From: an uncultured Verrucomicrobiae bacterium
GTDB taxonomy: Bacteria > Verrucomicrobiota > Verrucomicrobiia > Opitutales > JABDGR01
Assembly: GCA_963765205.1 (NCBI GenBank)
Contig: CAVXVB010000004.1
Location: 32,001-96,000, forward strand
Direction of reading: 5' to 3'
Length of the DNA stretch: 64,000 nucleotides
Part shown: piece after piece, positions 23,286 to 33,759 of the stretch
How the letters are laid out: each line of letters begins with the position of its first letter
Position numbering within the stretch: position 1 is the first letter of the stretch
Translations under genes and position numbers: made by a program
The notes under the pieces: model-generated
Told to the model about the DNA's origin: nothing
Seen by the model: the letters and a program-made list of their open reading frames with translations, nothing else
Databases searched by the model: none

Positions 23286-26200
23286 TCAGGGCGCGGCGGC
23301 GGTCGGGGTGGCCACCTGTTGATTTGCGAGAACCCCGCCGGGTGAGATAATGTTAAACGTGATGATCAAATAAAGATCGTGCGATGGGGGCGTCGTTTTG
23401 CCGTCCGTGGCCGGTGGCGTATACGAGAAAATACCACCCGTATAAGTACCCATGGGAATAATCATCGGCTGCCCGGGTTCGGCTTGGCCGCTGGTCGCCA
23501 TCTCCCGGCTGTCCAGCAACGCGGCGTGGTGGCCGGAATTCGCATCGCCTACCTTGATCTCGGAAAACCCTAAAAAGCTGCTGAGGATGGCATGGAGGGA
23601 ATAGATGACAGTATTGCCCGTAACCGTCGGAAATATATCAATCTTTACTCCAACCCCGATTCCACTCCCGATCCCCCCACTCCCCACGCCAATCTCCATT
23701 CCATGGCCGTCATATTCGGTCGGAGTTACGGTGTCTTTCCAAACGCCGCCACTTCCTTTTGCGGGACCGGCCGTGAATTCAGTCGGGCCGGATTCGCTGG
23801 GAAGTTTTATTTCCCCTGCGATGCTTATATTCGCCTCATGGCCGCTCATACAGACGATCTTGGGGGCGGACAGGAGATCGCTGCCTGCCGATTGACTCAA
23901 CCAATCTAAGTTATTCATTAAATAGTTTTTGTCTGCCGGGGCAGACGATGTAAGTGTCTGTTTTTCCGGGTATTGGGCGTGGGTAGCGCTGGGTGGCGGG
24001 CTTCCCGGAGGCACCCCCAGAAGAAATGCTTCCACCTCAATCTGCGGAGTCGGATTGTATTTTTCAATCTGAGGAGCCGGATTGTATTTTTGCAGAAGGT
24101 TGCCGATCATTTCCAGGTTTTTAGGCGTGTTTGTCGCCTGGATTTCGCCGGGGGTGTAGGCGAGGCTGGCGCCGGCCGGGAACTCAATGCCGGCGCGCTG
24201 GAAGAAGTCCGTGAGACGCTGTTCCATATCGCTCAGGGACAGGCTCTTTGTATTGTTAAGCGGGCCGGAATTGCCACCTTGGGGCGTGATGATGGTTGGA
24301 TTCTGGAAGTTCGATCCGCCGAACAGGCTAATAAAAAGGTTCCGAGGCATGGGGAAAACCTTGGTTTCAAATTGCGCGGTCGTGCCCATCACGCTGCCGG
24401 AGCCTTGGCTGACTTCGATGATGCCGTTATCATCAAAATAGCCGTAATTGGCGTCGCGGCAGGCCATGTCGAGGAGCGTTTTCAAGCTGATGTCGCGCAG
24501 GTTCACCATTTTGACTTTGGGCATGGGCGCGCCGTTGGGCGGGGCAGAAACGTGGAAATTCACGCCGATGCCCTCCTTGTCATATTTTTGGGACAGCGCG
24601 GCGAAGGTGGCGATGACTTCGTCGAGCGGCGTGGGGGTGTCAATGTTCACCAAGGGGATGACGATCTCGCCGAGCTTTTTCATCGCGGGAGTGATCTCCG
24701 GTGGGGCGGTTACCGGTGAAGTTTCCGGCGCGGTCACGTCTGCCGCACTGCTCGAGACCGATTGGGAAATTTCACCGTTGGACTGGAAAAGGCGGCCGAT
24801 GAGCGGCAGGTCGCCTAGCACGGGCACTTTGTCGTCCGCAGGCGCGATTTCGGCGTGGATCGGGCCCTCAGTGCCGTCGGCGAAGGTGAAATTGGTATTT
24901 AATATCTGGGGCACATCGTCACTGGGTTGCGTAAGACCCCAGGGGACAAGTGCAGTGGCAACCGGTGGAGGCGTGGCGAAGGAGGTGCCGCCGTATTCAA
25001 TGAAGCCTTTGCCGATGTCCTCCGATTGGGCCACTACCTGCGGGACATTCAAGGTCACCGACTGCGCCATGAGCGAAGAGACTGTGGCGGCGGATATGGC
25101 GGCGGGGAGTGGAATTGACGAGACAGGCCCTCCGAAGGCCGCAACTAACATCCTTTCATAAATTTCCAGCACAGGGTCTCTGGCACGGGTATGGGGGAGC
25201 TGTCCCTTTATCATGCCTTCAGTGATCCCAAAGTCGGGCCCGACATCATTGGGGTCCAAACGCGCCATTTCGTCATGTACCTCCTTTGAAATTCTTTTGT
25301 CAACGATCGCAATGACGGTGTTCGTGCGCGTATCTGATCCAAAGATGGGCTCATTCAGGACGGCCGTGTATTGCGGCTGGGAAGCCGCATTCCCCGGGCC
25401 TGGCTCTTTCGTCTCCTGCATCGCGTCCGTTAACTGTTTTTCCACGTCCTGCGCGTCGGCGCTTTTAAGCGTGAAATAAATGATTTCCTCATCGGGCACT
25501 TGGACAGATGGATCCATCCCGGAGATGAGTCTAAGGGTGGATTCCACATTTCGCTTATCAACCACCGCAATAACCGTGTTAGCTCCCGCATCAGCCGTGA
25601 AAGTCGGTTTGATTCGCGGCCTCTCGTCTTTTTGTCCATCTATCCGTTGGTCGAGCATATTGTGACTCTCATGGTTCTTTAACACCTGCACCACTTGCTC
25701 CGCTTGGGCGGTTTTCAGTGGGACATTCAACGTTACGGACCGCGCTACCGGTGAAGATATTTTGTCCGTGGGTGCGGTCGAAGCAGGCAAGTTGGGCGGC
25801 GCGGCCATAGCCGGCGGGCTGGGATTTTCCGTCGCGGCGCCGCGGAGCATGGCTATGGGGATGACGATGGCCGTGAGAAGCGAGACGAGCGCGAGAATCG
25901 CCACGCGCGTCAAGCCGCGGCGGTTGCGCGTGCCGTCGAGAATGGCGCGCAGGCGCGTCTCCAATTTCGAGTGGCGGGCGACGGGGACGGCGACCCAGTT
26001 CAGGAGGCGGCCGCGCGCGGAGCCGGCGGCGATTTCGAGCAGGTCGCGCGCGTAATCGCGCGGGGAGGAGCCGCAGCGCAGCACGAGGTCGTCGCAGGCC
26101 AGCTCGCGTTCGAGGCGCAGTTGCCGCGCGGCCATCCACGCGAGGGGATTGAACCAATAGAGCGCGCAGGCGAGCGTGCCCAGGGTTTGCGTGAGCCAGT

Positions 26201-27101
26201 CGAGGCGCTTGACGTGGCCGAGTTCGTGCAGGAGGACAAGTCGCCGGCGCGCAGCGGGCCAGGTTTCCACATTGGCGGGAAAAACGACCGCGGGCCGCCA
26301 CGCGCCCCAAGTGAAGGGCATGATGTCACCCAGGCGCTCACCCAGGCGCGCCGCGCCGGGAGTGATCCCGAGCCCCGCAACGCGGGACGAGGGAAACGTT
26401 TTCCCCACGGCCACCAGCCGCACCTTGCGGGACAAACCCACTTTTTCCGCCACTTCGCCGAGCAAGGTGCGCCACTCGGCATCATCCAGTGGCCGCCCGC
26501 GACGCGTCAACCGCGCGGCCTGCGCCCAACCGACGAGGAGGGGAAGGAGGGCGATAAATTAACCAGTTAGCCAAACCCAAAGGAAAGTGTGAAGGGTGAA
26601 AGGTGGAGTGTGGAGTAAAGAATGGAGAGCAGGCGGCGAAGAACGCTCAACGTTTAACGCTGCACGCTCAACGCTCAAGGACGGAATTTCAGGCTTCGAG
26701 TTTTCGATTTCGAGTTGAGCCGCTGAAGCTGAAGGCGCAGCAGCACTCAGTGATGGCGGTGTTACCTGAGCGTTCAGCGTTAAATGTTGAGCGTTGAGCG
26801 TTCCCGGTGCGGCTCCACTCCACCACCCTTCACCCTTCACACTCTGCACTTCCACCGGCCACTCCGGCAGCCACGGCACGCGCCAGGCGGGGAGCAGCAA
26901 CGAGAGCGCGGGCAGCACGAGCGCCCCGGCCAGCGCGCCGCACCAGAGCGCGTGCCGCGCCGCCGCCGAGTTTTTGCGCAACGCGAACGATCCCGCCGCC
27001 GCCAGCACCAGCAGCGCGGCAGACTTGACGGCGGCGTCGGCCAACGCGAGCAACACGGTGGCGGCGGGCGCGGTGGCCGGGTCGAAAAGCGGCGCGCTCA
27101 T
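23286..27101 (-). CDS. BlaR1/MecR1-like M56 metallopeptidase fused to secretin-type domains; one in-frame TAA at 26559-26561
   Basis: SAAARHALW; LLHELGHVKRLD; YWFNPL...RELACDD; two NolW-like repeats; KVPVLGDLPLIGRLF; DLLSAPKIV; both track ORFs share one frame. Confidence 0.85.
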
Positions 27102-27493
27102 CGCCGGGCGTCCTCCCGGGCTGGTTGGTCAATGAGGGCCTTGAGGCGGGCTATTTCATCCTCCGTCAATTTATCCGCGCCGGCGTCGAGCAGCGCGGCC
27201 ACCGCGCTTTCGAGCGAGCCGCCAAAAAAGGTTTCGACCACGCGCTGGATGGCCGAGCGCCCGGCTTCGCGGGGCGGGCGCGTGGGCAGGTAGACAAAGC
27301 GCGGGCCGTCCCGCTGGATTTTGAGCAAGCCCTTGCGCACGAGGATGCTGAGCATGGCGCGCACGGCAGAATTGCCCGGCGGGTCGGGCAGCGCGTCGCT
27401 GACCTCGACGGCGGTGGCGCGGCCGCGGCGGTAAACGGCCTCCATGATTTGGCGCTCGCGGCGGCTGAGTTCAGGATTCGATTTTTTGGGCAT
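27098..27493 (-). CDS. BlaI/MecI/CopY family repressor
   Basis: LSRRERQIME...VRAMLSILVRKG...FFGGS; overlaps the M56 gene start by 4 bp. Confidence 0.93.
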   Translation of the reverse strand: MPKKSNPELSRRERQIMEAVYRRGRATAVEVSDALPDPPGNSAVRAMLSILVRKGLLKIQRDGPRFVYLPTRPPREAGRSAIQRVVETFFGGSLESAVAALLDAGADKLTEDEIARLKALIDQPAREDARR

Positions 27494-27515
27494 AGGGGGC
27501 GGAGGAAGAGGCAAC

Positions 27516-27576
27516 TGCGAAAAATTTAGCACCGATTTCGGGATTTGTCAACCCCCGGCATGCGAAAATTTTCGCA
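27516..27576 (-). promoter_or_regulatory. Promoter flanked by two 16-bp operator palindromes
   Basis: TGCGAAAATTTTCGCA (27561-27576, perfect) and TGCGAAAAATTTAGCA (27516-27531); minus-strand TTGACA-17-TAAATT. Confidence 0.7.
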
Positions 27577-27620
27577 GGCTGGTGAAATCTGCCCGCCTGG
27601 CCGAGCGGGAGCCAAATTTT

Positions 27621-27710
27621 AACCACAAAAATCGCAGAAGACGCATAAGCAAAATGTCATGGTCGCCAGCTCGGCTGTCCTTTTGAGTCTTTTGCGTTTT
27701 TTGTGGTAAA
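27621..27710. repeat. Inverted element with about 9-bp-period arms
   Basis: AACCACAAAAATCGCAGAAGACGCATAAG ... CTTTTGAGTCTTTTGCGTTTTTTGTGGT. Confidence 0.6.
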
Positions 27711-27782
27711 TTCCATTCAGGATTACCGGCATTTTTTGCTTCATCCTGCATCCCGCATCCTTCATCCTTTGGCCCTACCCCG

Positions 27783-28866
27783 ATGAAGACCTTCCTTCCT
27801 CTTTTCGCCGGCGTTGTCTTTCTGGCCGGCTGCATGTCCTCCAGCCCCGCCGTGGCTGCTGCTCCTGCCGCGCTGCCGGTGGACCGGGTGGCGGCGAAGC
27901 CGCTTTACCGCGATCCAATCATGGATGGCGCGAGCGACCCGACCATCATCTGGAATCCCGCGGAGAAAAAATGGTATATGTTCTACACCAGCCGCCGCGC
28001 GAATGTGCCGGGGCTGTCGGGGGGCGTGTCGTGGGTGCATGGCTCGCCCATTGGCATCGCGACTTCGGGCGACGGCGGCGCGACGTGGCAATACCTGCGC
28101 GACGCGAACCTTGTTTACAAGGACGCCGTCCCCGACAAAACGTATTGGGCGCCGGCGGTGGTCGAGCACAACGGCCTGTTCCATATGTTCGTCAGTTACG
28201 TGCCCGGCATCTTCGACGACTGGAAACACCCGCGCGACATCCTCCACCTCACCAGCAAGGATTTAATCAACTGGAACTACCAGTCCACCCTCCCGCTCGC
28301 CTCCCACAGCGTCATTGACCCCGGCTTGCTGCACCTGCCCGACGGCACCTGGCGGCTTTGGTATAAGGATGAAGCGAGCGGTTCTTCCTGCCATTATGCG
28401 GACAGCCCCGACCTGAACCATTGGACCGACGGCGCGCGCGTACCCGGCCTGTCCGACGCCAGCGGCGAAGCGCCCCTGCCCTTCCACTGGCAAGGCCAAT
28501 ACTGGTTCTTGCGCGACATCACCGGCGGCGCGCATGGCCTCGCGCTGTATCGTTCCGACAATGCGGCGGACTGGGACCCGCATAGGCACGCTGCTCCAGG
28601 CTCCGGGCACGGGGCCGGACGACACGGGCGTGGGCCACCATCCGGAAGTCATCCTCTCCGGCGACCGCGCCTACCTGTTTTATTTCGTGCAGCCGGGCAC
28701 CAGTGCGACGCCCGGCGGCCCGCGCGATGGGAAACGCAGCAGCATCCAAGTCGTGGAGCTGAAGTATGACACCGCGAACAACACCCTCACCTGCGACCGC
28801 AATGCGCCGACGATGATCAATTTGCAGCCGCCCAGCGACGTGGAGTTGGAATCAAAGTTCCAGTGA
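27783..28866 (+). CDS. Lipoprotein glycoside hydrolase, five-bladed beta-propeller (GH43/GH32-like); frameshift near 28575
   Basis: FLAGC lipobox; DGASDP, YWAPAV and VIDP; continues as RIGTLLQAPG...GHHPEV. Confidence 0.8.
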
Positions 28867-28879
28867 TTCGCGGGCCGGC

Positions 28880-29990
28880 TTAACGCGGCTTGTTATAAAA
28901 ACGAATGCGCTGGGTGTAGGTTTTACCGTATTGCTCGACGAACTGGTCGAATTGAAGCCTTGCGGCAGGGAGCCGTTGAATTGTTGCAGCTCGATTGCGC
29001 CATCGTCCGTGAGAAAGGTCACGGTGACATCGGCGTAGGCCATCGCGACAAAGGTCGGCTTGCCGGCGGCCGGCGTGGTGTAGGAGTCCAAATAACCCCC
29101 GGTATTGGGCACCGGCGCGCCACCGGCCTGGGGGCCACCGCCGTAGTAATACGCCGGCGGGTTGATAATGCTGAAGGTCGTCTCGGGGTAGGCCTGGATC
29201 GCGGGAGCATTGGCCACCCCGGCGGCGTTATAGCCGTAGAAATAAAGAAACACATTAAACTGCACGACGTTGTCTTCGATCATGCTGGCAGTCGTGTTCG
29301 AGCCATAGATGCTGGTGTTCAAGGCCTGGCCGGAACCCATGGGTATTTGCGAGGGCACCGCGCCGGCGCTCAAGTCCACCTGGCTGTCGAAGGCCTGCGC
29401 AAGGGAGGTGTAAGAAGTTTTGCCGCCTTCGCCAATGCCCATGAGCGGCTGGTGGCCACTCACCCCAAGAAATGTGGTCGCCGGGTCCACCACCACGCGG
29501 TGCAACTGGAATGTCTTCTGCGTGCTGGCGGCATTGCCAAACGGGTCGGCATAGGTGACCCGGTATTCGACCGCGCAAATGTCCCCGGGAATCGGGTTGC
29601 CGGCCGCGCCCGGCGTGCCATTGTCCTTGGTTTGGTGCAATTGCGCGCTGGTGTAAAAGATCAGCCGCGTCATGTTGGCGCCCGTGATCGGGCTGCCGGC
29701 CGTGTTTCCGTGGTGAGGGACATCCACTGATTGCCGTCGGCGCGGAAGATCGCCGTCTGCAGATCCTGCGAGAGCAACTGGAAGAGTTCGCTGGCCTTGC
29801 TGCCCATCTGCAAATCATCGGAGGAGCGGTTCCAGGCCGAAATGACCTGGCTGAGGATCATCATGACCAGCGCCACCATCAGCGACATGATCGCCGTCGC
29901 CGTCAGAATCTCAACCAGGGTAAAACCGCCGCGGAGCGCCGGCCCGCGCGGGCGCGCGCGCATCCATCGAAGGGGGTGGCTCAATTTCAT
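28880..29990 (-). CDS. Prepilin-type protein resembling Verru_Chthon cassette protein C; two frameshifts (near 29716 and 28950)
   Basis: GGFTLVEILTA...SAWNRS...DLQTA; ICAVEYRV; restored C-terminus FDQFVEQYGKTYTQRIRFYNKPR*. Confidence 0.7.
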
Positions 29991-30026
29991 GGTGAACAAA
30001 TCGGGAGGGGAAAACGGCGCGCCGGG

Positions 30027-30920
30027 TTAACGCAATTTAGCCGTGGTGTATTCGAAGAGACGGGTGGACAGGGTCAGGCCGGCCAGCAATTGTTGTTGAA
30101 ACAGGTTCACATCCTCCGACGACTGAATGTTGGAGGTGTCCACCGAAAAGGCCTGGACAAAAATCGGCAGGTAGTCCTCCGGGTAAACGTGGTCGGCAAA
30201 ACCGGAGGGGTCGGCAGTCATCCCCTGCGAGGTGGGAAACAGTCCGGCGTTGGGCGCATCCTTATACCAGGTGTTTTCCTTGTCACCCGCGATGTCCATG
30301 TTGGGAAAGTTTTTCATCAAGGGCGAGGGCGAGAGGGTCATCGCAATTACCGGGCCATAAATGCGGTTTTGGGCGGCGGCCTGGACGAAGTCCGCCATCA
30401 AACGGTATTGCGGCAATTGCGGCTGGCTCGGGTTGTTTTGATAATTGGCGACGACGGCCAGGGTCGCCAGGGGCGTGTTCAACTGGGTGTGGTTAAGGTT
30501 AAACCGCACCACGCGCTGCAAGGGTGTCATGTCCTGGGTCGCGCTCCCGGTGGAGACGGGAATCTCGTCATAAAACAGAAAGATGGTCGGCGAGTCGGAG
30601 TCCGACACATGCACCCATTCGTAGACCGTTTCATATTGCAACTGGGCGTTGGTGTCCCAGAACGGGGCCGCCTCAATCAGCGTGTTCATCTTCTCGATGC
30701 ACCCGGTGCCGACGTTGATTTGCTGGGCGGTCTTGACGTTGCTCAGGGTCGGGCCAATCAGGCCCAGAATCGAAATAACCGCCAAGCCCATGATGCCGAG
30801 GGCCAGCGTCACTTCGACGAGGGAAAAGCCGGGGGCCGCGCCCCGCCTACGCCGGAAGAACACCGGGCGGCGCGCGCCAGGGGCGGGGTGCTGGCGGGAT
30901 GGTTGGATTGGAACGGGCAT
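30027..30920 (-). CDS. Prepilin-type protein resembling Verru_Chthon cassette protein B
   Basis: GFSLVEVTLALGIMGLAVISILGL. Confidence 0.8.
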   Translation of the reverse strand: MPVPIQPSRQHPAPGARRPVFFRRRRGAAPGFSLVEVTLALGIMGLAVISILGLIGPTLSNVKTAQQINVGTGCIEKMNTLIEAAPFWDTNAQLQYETVYEWVHVSDSDSPTIFLFYDEIPVSTGSATQDMTPLQRVVRFNLNHTQLNTPLATLAVVANYQNNPSQPQLPQYRLMADFVQAAAQNRIYGPVIAMTLSPSPLMKNFPNMDIAGDKENTWYKDAPNAGLFPTSQGMTADPSGFADHVYPEDYLPIFVQAFSVDTSNIQSSEDVNLFQQQLLAGLTLSTRLFEYTTAKLR

Positions 30921-30964
30921 GGATAAAGGGAGGCGAATTATATTCCGGGAGCGCGGGTTTGCGC

Positions 30965-31831
30965 TCAGGACCCCGGCGCGCCGGCCGGCATGAAGTCCGC
31001 GGAGCTGCGGAACGCCTCCGCCCCGCCCAGCATCCGCAATTGAATGCCCGTGAAGGAGAGGTTCGGTTTCGCGCCCGAGCCGAGAAAGTCAATGGTGCTG
31101 TCCGTCGGGTTGACGGCGCGCCCGACGTAAATATTATTGTTGCCGTTGGCGTTGTAGAAAAAGCCGTCGGGGGCGAACTCGATGAAATAATACCAATCCC
31201 CCGTCTGCTCCTGCGCCTGGGAGAGCGGGAAAGTGATTTGCATCAGGCCGGTGGTGACGCCGGGATGGTCGTCCAAGGTGGTCAGGGTCGGGTAGGTATA
31301 GGCATCGCTGATGGCGTTGCTTTTGGTGTCTTGCGCAAAGCCGGGCAGATCCTGGGTGAACGTGCTCGGATGGCTGGGCACAAAATACAACCCGTCGGGC
31401 AACATCGCCCCGTCCGTCGCCGCGACCCAGCTTTGGTAGGGCTTGCCCGCCACCCCGGCCATGGTGGTGACGGAGGGGTCGTCGGAGATCGCGTATATCA
31501 CGCCATAATAACGAAGGATCTTGGGGTTGATCGTGGCGGAATAGGGGCTGGTGCTGGGCACGGCATTTTTATCCGCAAACACAATGAACCGAGCCCGGGT
31601 GTGGTTCCGCTGGGCGGCGGCCCGCGCCCCTTCGATGGTGATGAGCACATCGCGCTGCGCGTTGCCCAAGGCCATGCCCTGCGTCTCGCCATTAAGGGAA
31701 AATCCCGCCGCGGCGGCCAGAATGCCAATCAACGCCACCACCACCATCATCTCGACCAAGGTAAACGCCCGCCGGCGGCGAAACGGCCGGGCGGCCGGGC
31801 TGGGCCGCAGGCTGGTGAAGGGGGTAGACAT
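30965..31831 (-). CDS. Prepilin-type GspH/FimT-like protein resembling Verru_Chthon cassette protein D
   Basis: RRAFTLVEMMVVVALIGILAA...GARAAA; IEFAPDG. Confidence 0.8.
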   Translation of the reverse strand: MSTPFTSLRPSPAARPFRRRRAFTLVEMMVVVALIGILAAAAGFSLNGETQGMALGNAQRDVLITIEGARAAAQRNHTRARFIVFADKNAVPSTSPYSATINPKILRYYGVIYAISDDPSVTTMAGVAGKPYQSWVAATDGAMLPDGLYFVPSHPSTFTQDLPGFAQDTKSNAISDAYTYPTLTTLDDHPGVTTGLMQITFPLSQAQEQTGDWYYFIEFAPDGFFYNANGNNNIYVGRAVNPTDSTIDFLGSGAKPNLSFTGIQLRMLGGAEAFRSSADFMPAGAPGS

Positions 31832-31974
31832 GGGAAGGGGCGAAACATGGTTGTATGCGCCCGGACTGTCAATGGCAAGAATTGCCTGCTGCCGTGCGCA
31901 TTTCGCTGGCCTTTCCCTATCGCTTGGCGGCCGCGCTTGCACGGGACGACGGTGTGGAAAACTCACTGATTTTG

Positions 31975-32014
31975 AAAATAAAACACCCGCGGCGCTGTTC
32001 GCACCGCGGGTGTT
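31975..32014 (-). terminator. Rho-independent terminator
   Basis: AACACCCGCGG/CCGCGGGTGTT stem followed by a T-tract on the minus strand. Confidence 0.7.
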
Positions 32015-32063
32015 GAAGCGAAATGCAGGAGCCAAGCCCCTTGATTTCGTGCAGTGGGAGGGA

Positions 32064-32456
32064 TTAACCACCCGCGCCACCACCACCCGCACCCGCACCA
32101 CCACCGCCGCCACGACGACCACCAGCGCCACGGGCTCCAGCCGCGCCGAAGCCGCCCAAGGTCAGGGGGCTCCACATCGGATGCGCGTCCAGCGCCGCCT
32201 TGGCCTCCGGAGATTGCTTCGCGATCAAATCGCGCAGGGCTTTGTTAAGAGCCGCCAACTCCGTCGGATTGGGGATGTCGGTATTTGCCGCAGGGCCGGT
32301 GCCGCCACGGCGACCACCGGAACCAGCTGGAGGAGCCATCGGGGCACTCGCCGCAGGAGCGGCGGCATCAGGGGCGGCGTTCTGGGCGAGCGTCACCGCG
32401 GTTGCAGCCATCATGCCGGCTGCGAGCAGGGTTGATATTTTTTTGGGAGTGTTCAT
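32064..32456 (-). CDS. Secreted Gly/Arg-rich small protein, paralogue 1
   Basis: Signal peptide ending TLA-Q; core LAALNKALRDLIAKQSPEAKAALDAHP; GGRRGG tails. Confidence 0.75.
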   Translation of the reverse strand: MNTPKKISTLLAAGMMAATAVTLAQNAAPDAAAPAASAPMAPPAGSGGRRGGTGPAANTDIPNPTELAALNKALRDLIAKQSPEAKAALDAHPMWSPLTLGGFGAAGARGAGGRRGGGGGAGAGGGGAGG

Positions 32457-32665
32457 TGGGTTGAATCTGAAGGGACAGGAAAACTTATACACCCCGGCTG
32501 ACATCGTCAAGTTGCACAATTTTTACATCCTTCCGGAAAACTATAAACCAGCATCGTGGGGAGTAGGCATGAGGAATCCCGGGAGCCAGTCCAGTCCTCG
32601 CCGGACGCGCCCTTGGCGACTCGACCGGCAGGGCGCTGCCCTATCCGACAATTGGCTAATTGCTG

Positions 32666-32704
32666 AAAAACATAACGCCCGCCGGCAATAAAGCCGACGG
32701 GCGT
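32666..32704 (-). terminator. Rho-independent terminator
   Basis: ACGCCCGCCGGC/GCCGACGGGCGT stem with a downstream T-tract on the minus strand. Confidence 0.6.
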
Positions 32705-32751
32705 CAGGGCAGGCAGAGGAAGCTCCGCCTGGAAATATTTACCAGTCAGAG

Positions 32752-33226
32752 CTAGGCGCCCGAGCCAGCCGGGGCACCCGCGCCACCACCACCAGAGCCA
32801 CCGGGGCCACCAGAGCCACCCGCGCCACGACGGCCACCACGACCACTTCCACCGGCGCCAGGGCCACCCGCGCGGCCAGCACCAGGAAAGCCCGCAGTCA
32901 GGGGCTGATAATTCGGATGGGCGTCAAGCGCAGCCTTGGCTTCCGGGGATTGCTGGGCGAGCAATGCCTTCAAGGCGGCGTTTATCGCCGTCATCTGGGC
33001 TGCATCGGGCGCATCAACCGGCGCGCCAAAATTACCAGCACCTTGACCGCCAGCGCCACGACGACCGCCGGAACCACCAGGACCACCGGGACCGCCGCCT
33101 TGGGCAGCCGCAGGGGGGGGGGAGGGGGGGAGGGGGAGGAGGAGCGGCCTGAGCCAGCACCACCGGGATAGACGCAGCCAGCATGCCGGCCGCGAGAGCA
33201 CACAACAATTTCTTCGAGTTTTTCAT
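32752..33226 (-). CDS. Secreted Gly/Arg-rich small protein, paralogue 2; frameshift in the poly-G tract near 33113-33140
   Basis: MKNSKKLL...VLA-Q joins a frame with MTAINAALKALLAQQSPEAKAALDAHP. Confidence 0.7.
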
Positions 33227-33366
33227 ATAGGGTTAAGGGGTAGTGAAACAAGATAAACCCCGCTATTACGGGTCGTGTTTCAAAATAATGCAAGCATTAA
33301 AGGACGGTTAATTTTTACCCCTCCACGGCAAAAACCAACCCAGACCCTTCTTTTTTGTGATTTTGC

Positions 33367-33759
33367 CTAGACCCTCGCCCGCTGAATCAACTCAATCTCA
33401 TACCCCTCGGGCGCATCTATAAACGCAAAAATCGAGCCGGTGCTTTTGCTTACAGTCGGCCCATCCGAAAATTTTATCCCTTTGGATTCCAAATACTTGC
33501 GATAATCCTCCAAGTTGCCCACCTCGAAGGCCAGGTGCATGAGGTCGGGTTGGACTTGGACGGGGCCGGAATCGGGGAAATAAGTGATCTCGATCAATTC
33601 CTCGCTGTTGGGCGTGCGCAGGAAGGCCAGTTTCGCCCCCCGGGGCGATTCCCGCCGGTCGGTCAATTCCAGCCCCAAAATGTCCGTGTAAAATTTCACG
33701 GTTTGTTCCAAGTCATTCACCCGCATCCGGGTGTGGAGGAGTTTTGTGACGGCGGGCAT
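33367..33759 (-). CDS. VOC/glyoxalase I family protein
   Basis: LLHTRMRVNDL...FYTDILG; HLAFEV; PEGYEIELI. Confidence 0.9.
   Translation of the reverse strand: MPAVTKLLHTRMRVNDLEQTVKFYTDILGLELTDRRESPRGAKLAFLRTPNSEELIEITYFPDSGPVQVQPDLMHLAFEVGNLEDYRKYLESKGIKFSDGPTVSKSTGSIFAFIDAPEGYEIELIQRARV

Noticed and set aside
22113..26561. Stop-codon reassignment
   Set aside because: The two in-frame stops differ (TAG, TAA), and both codons terminate other genes normally
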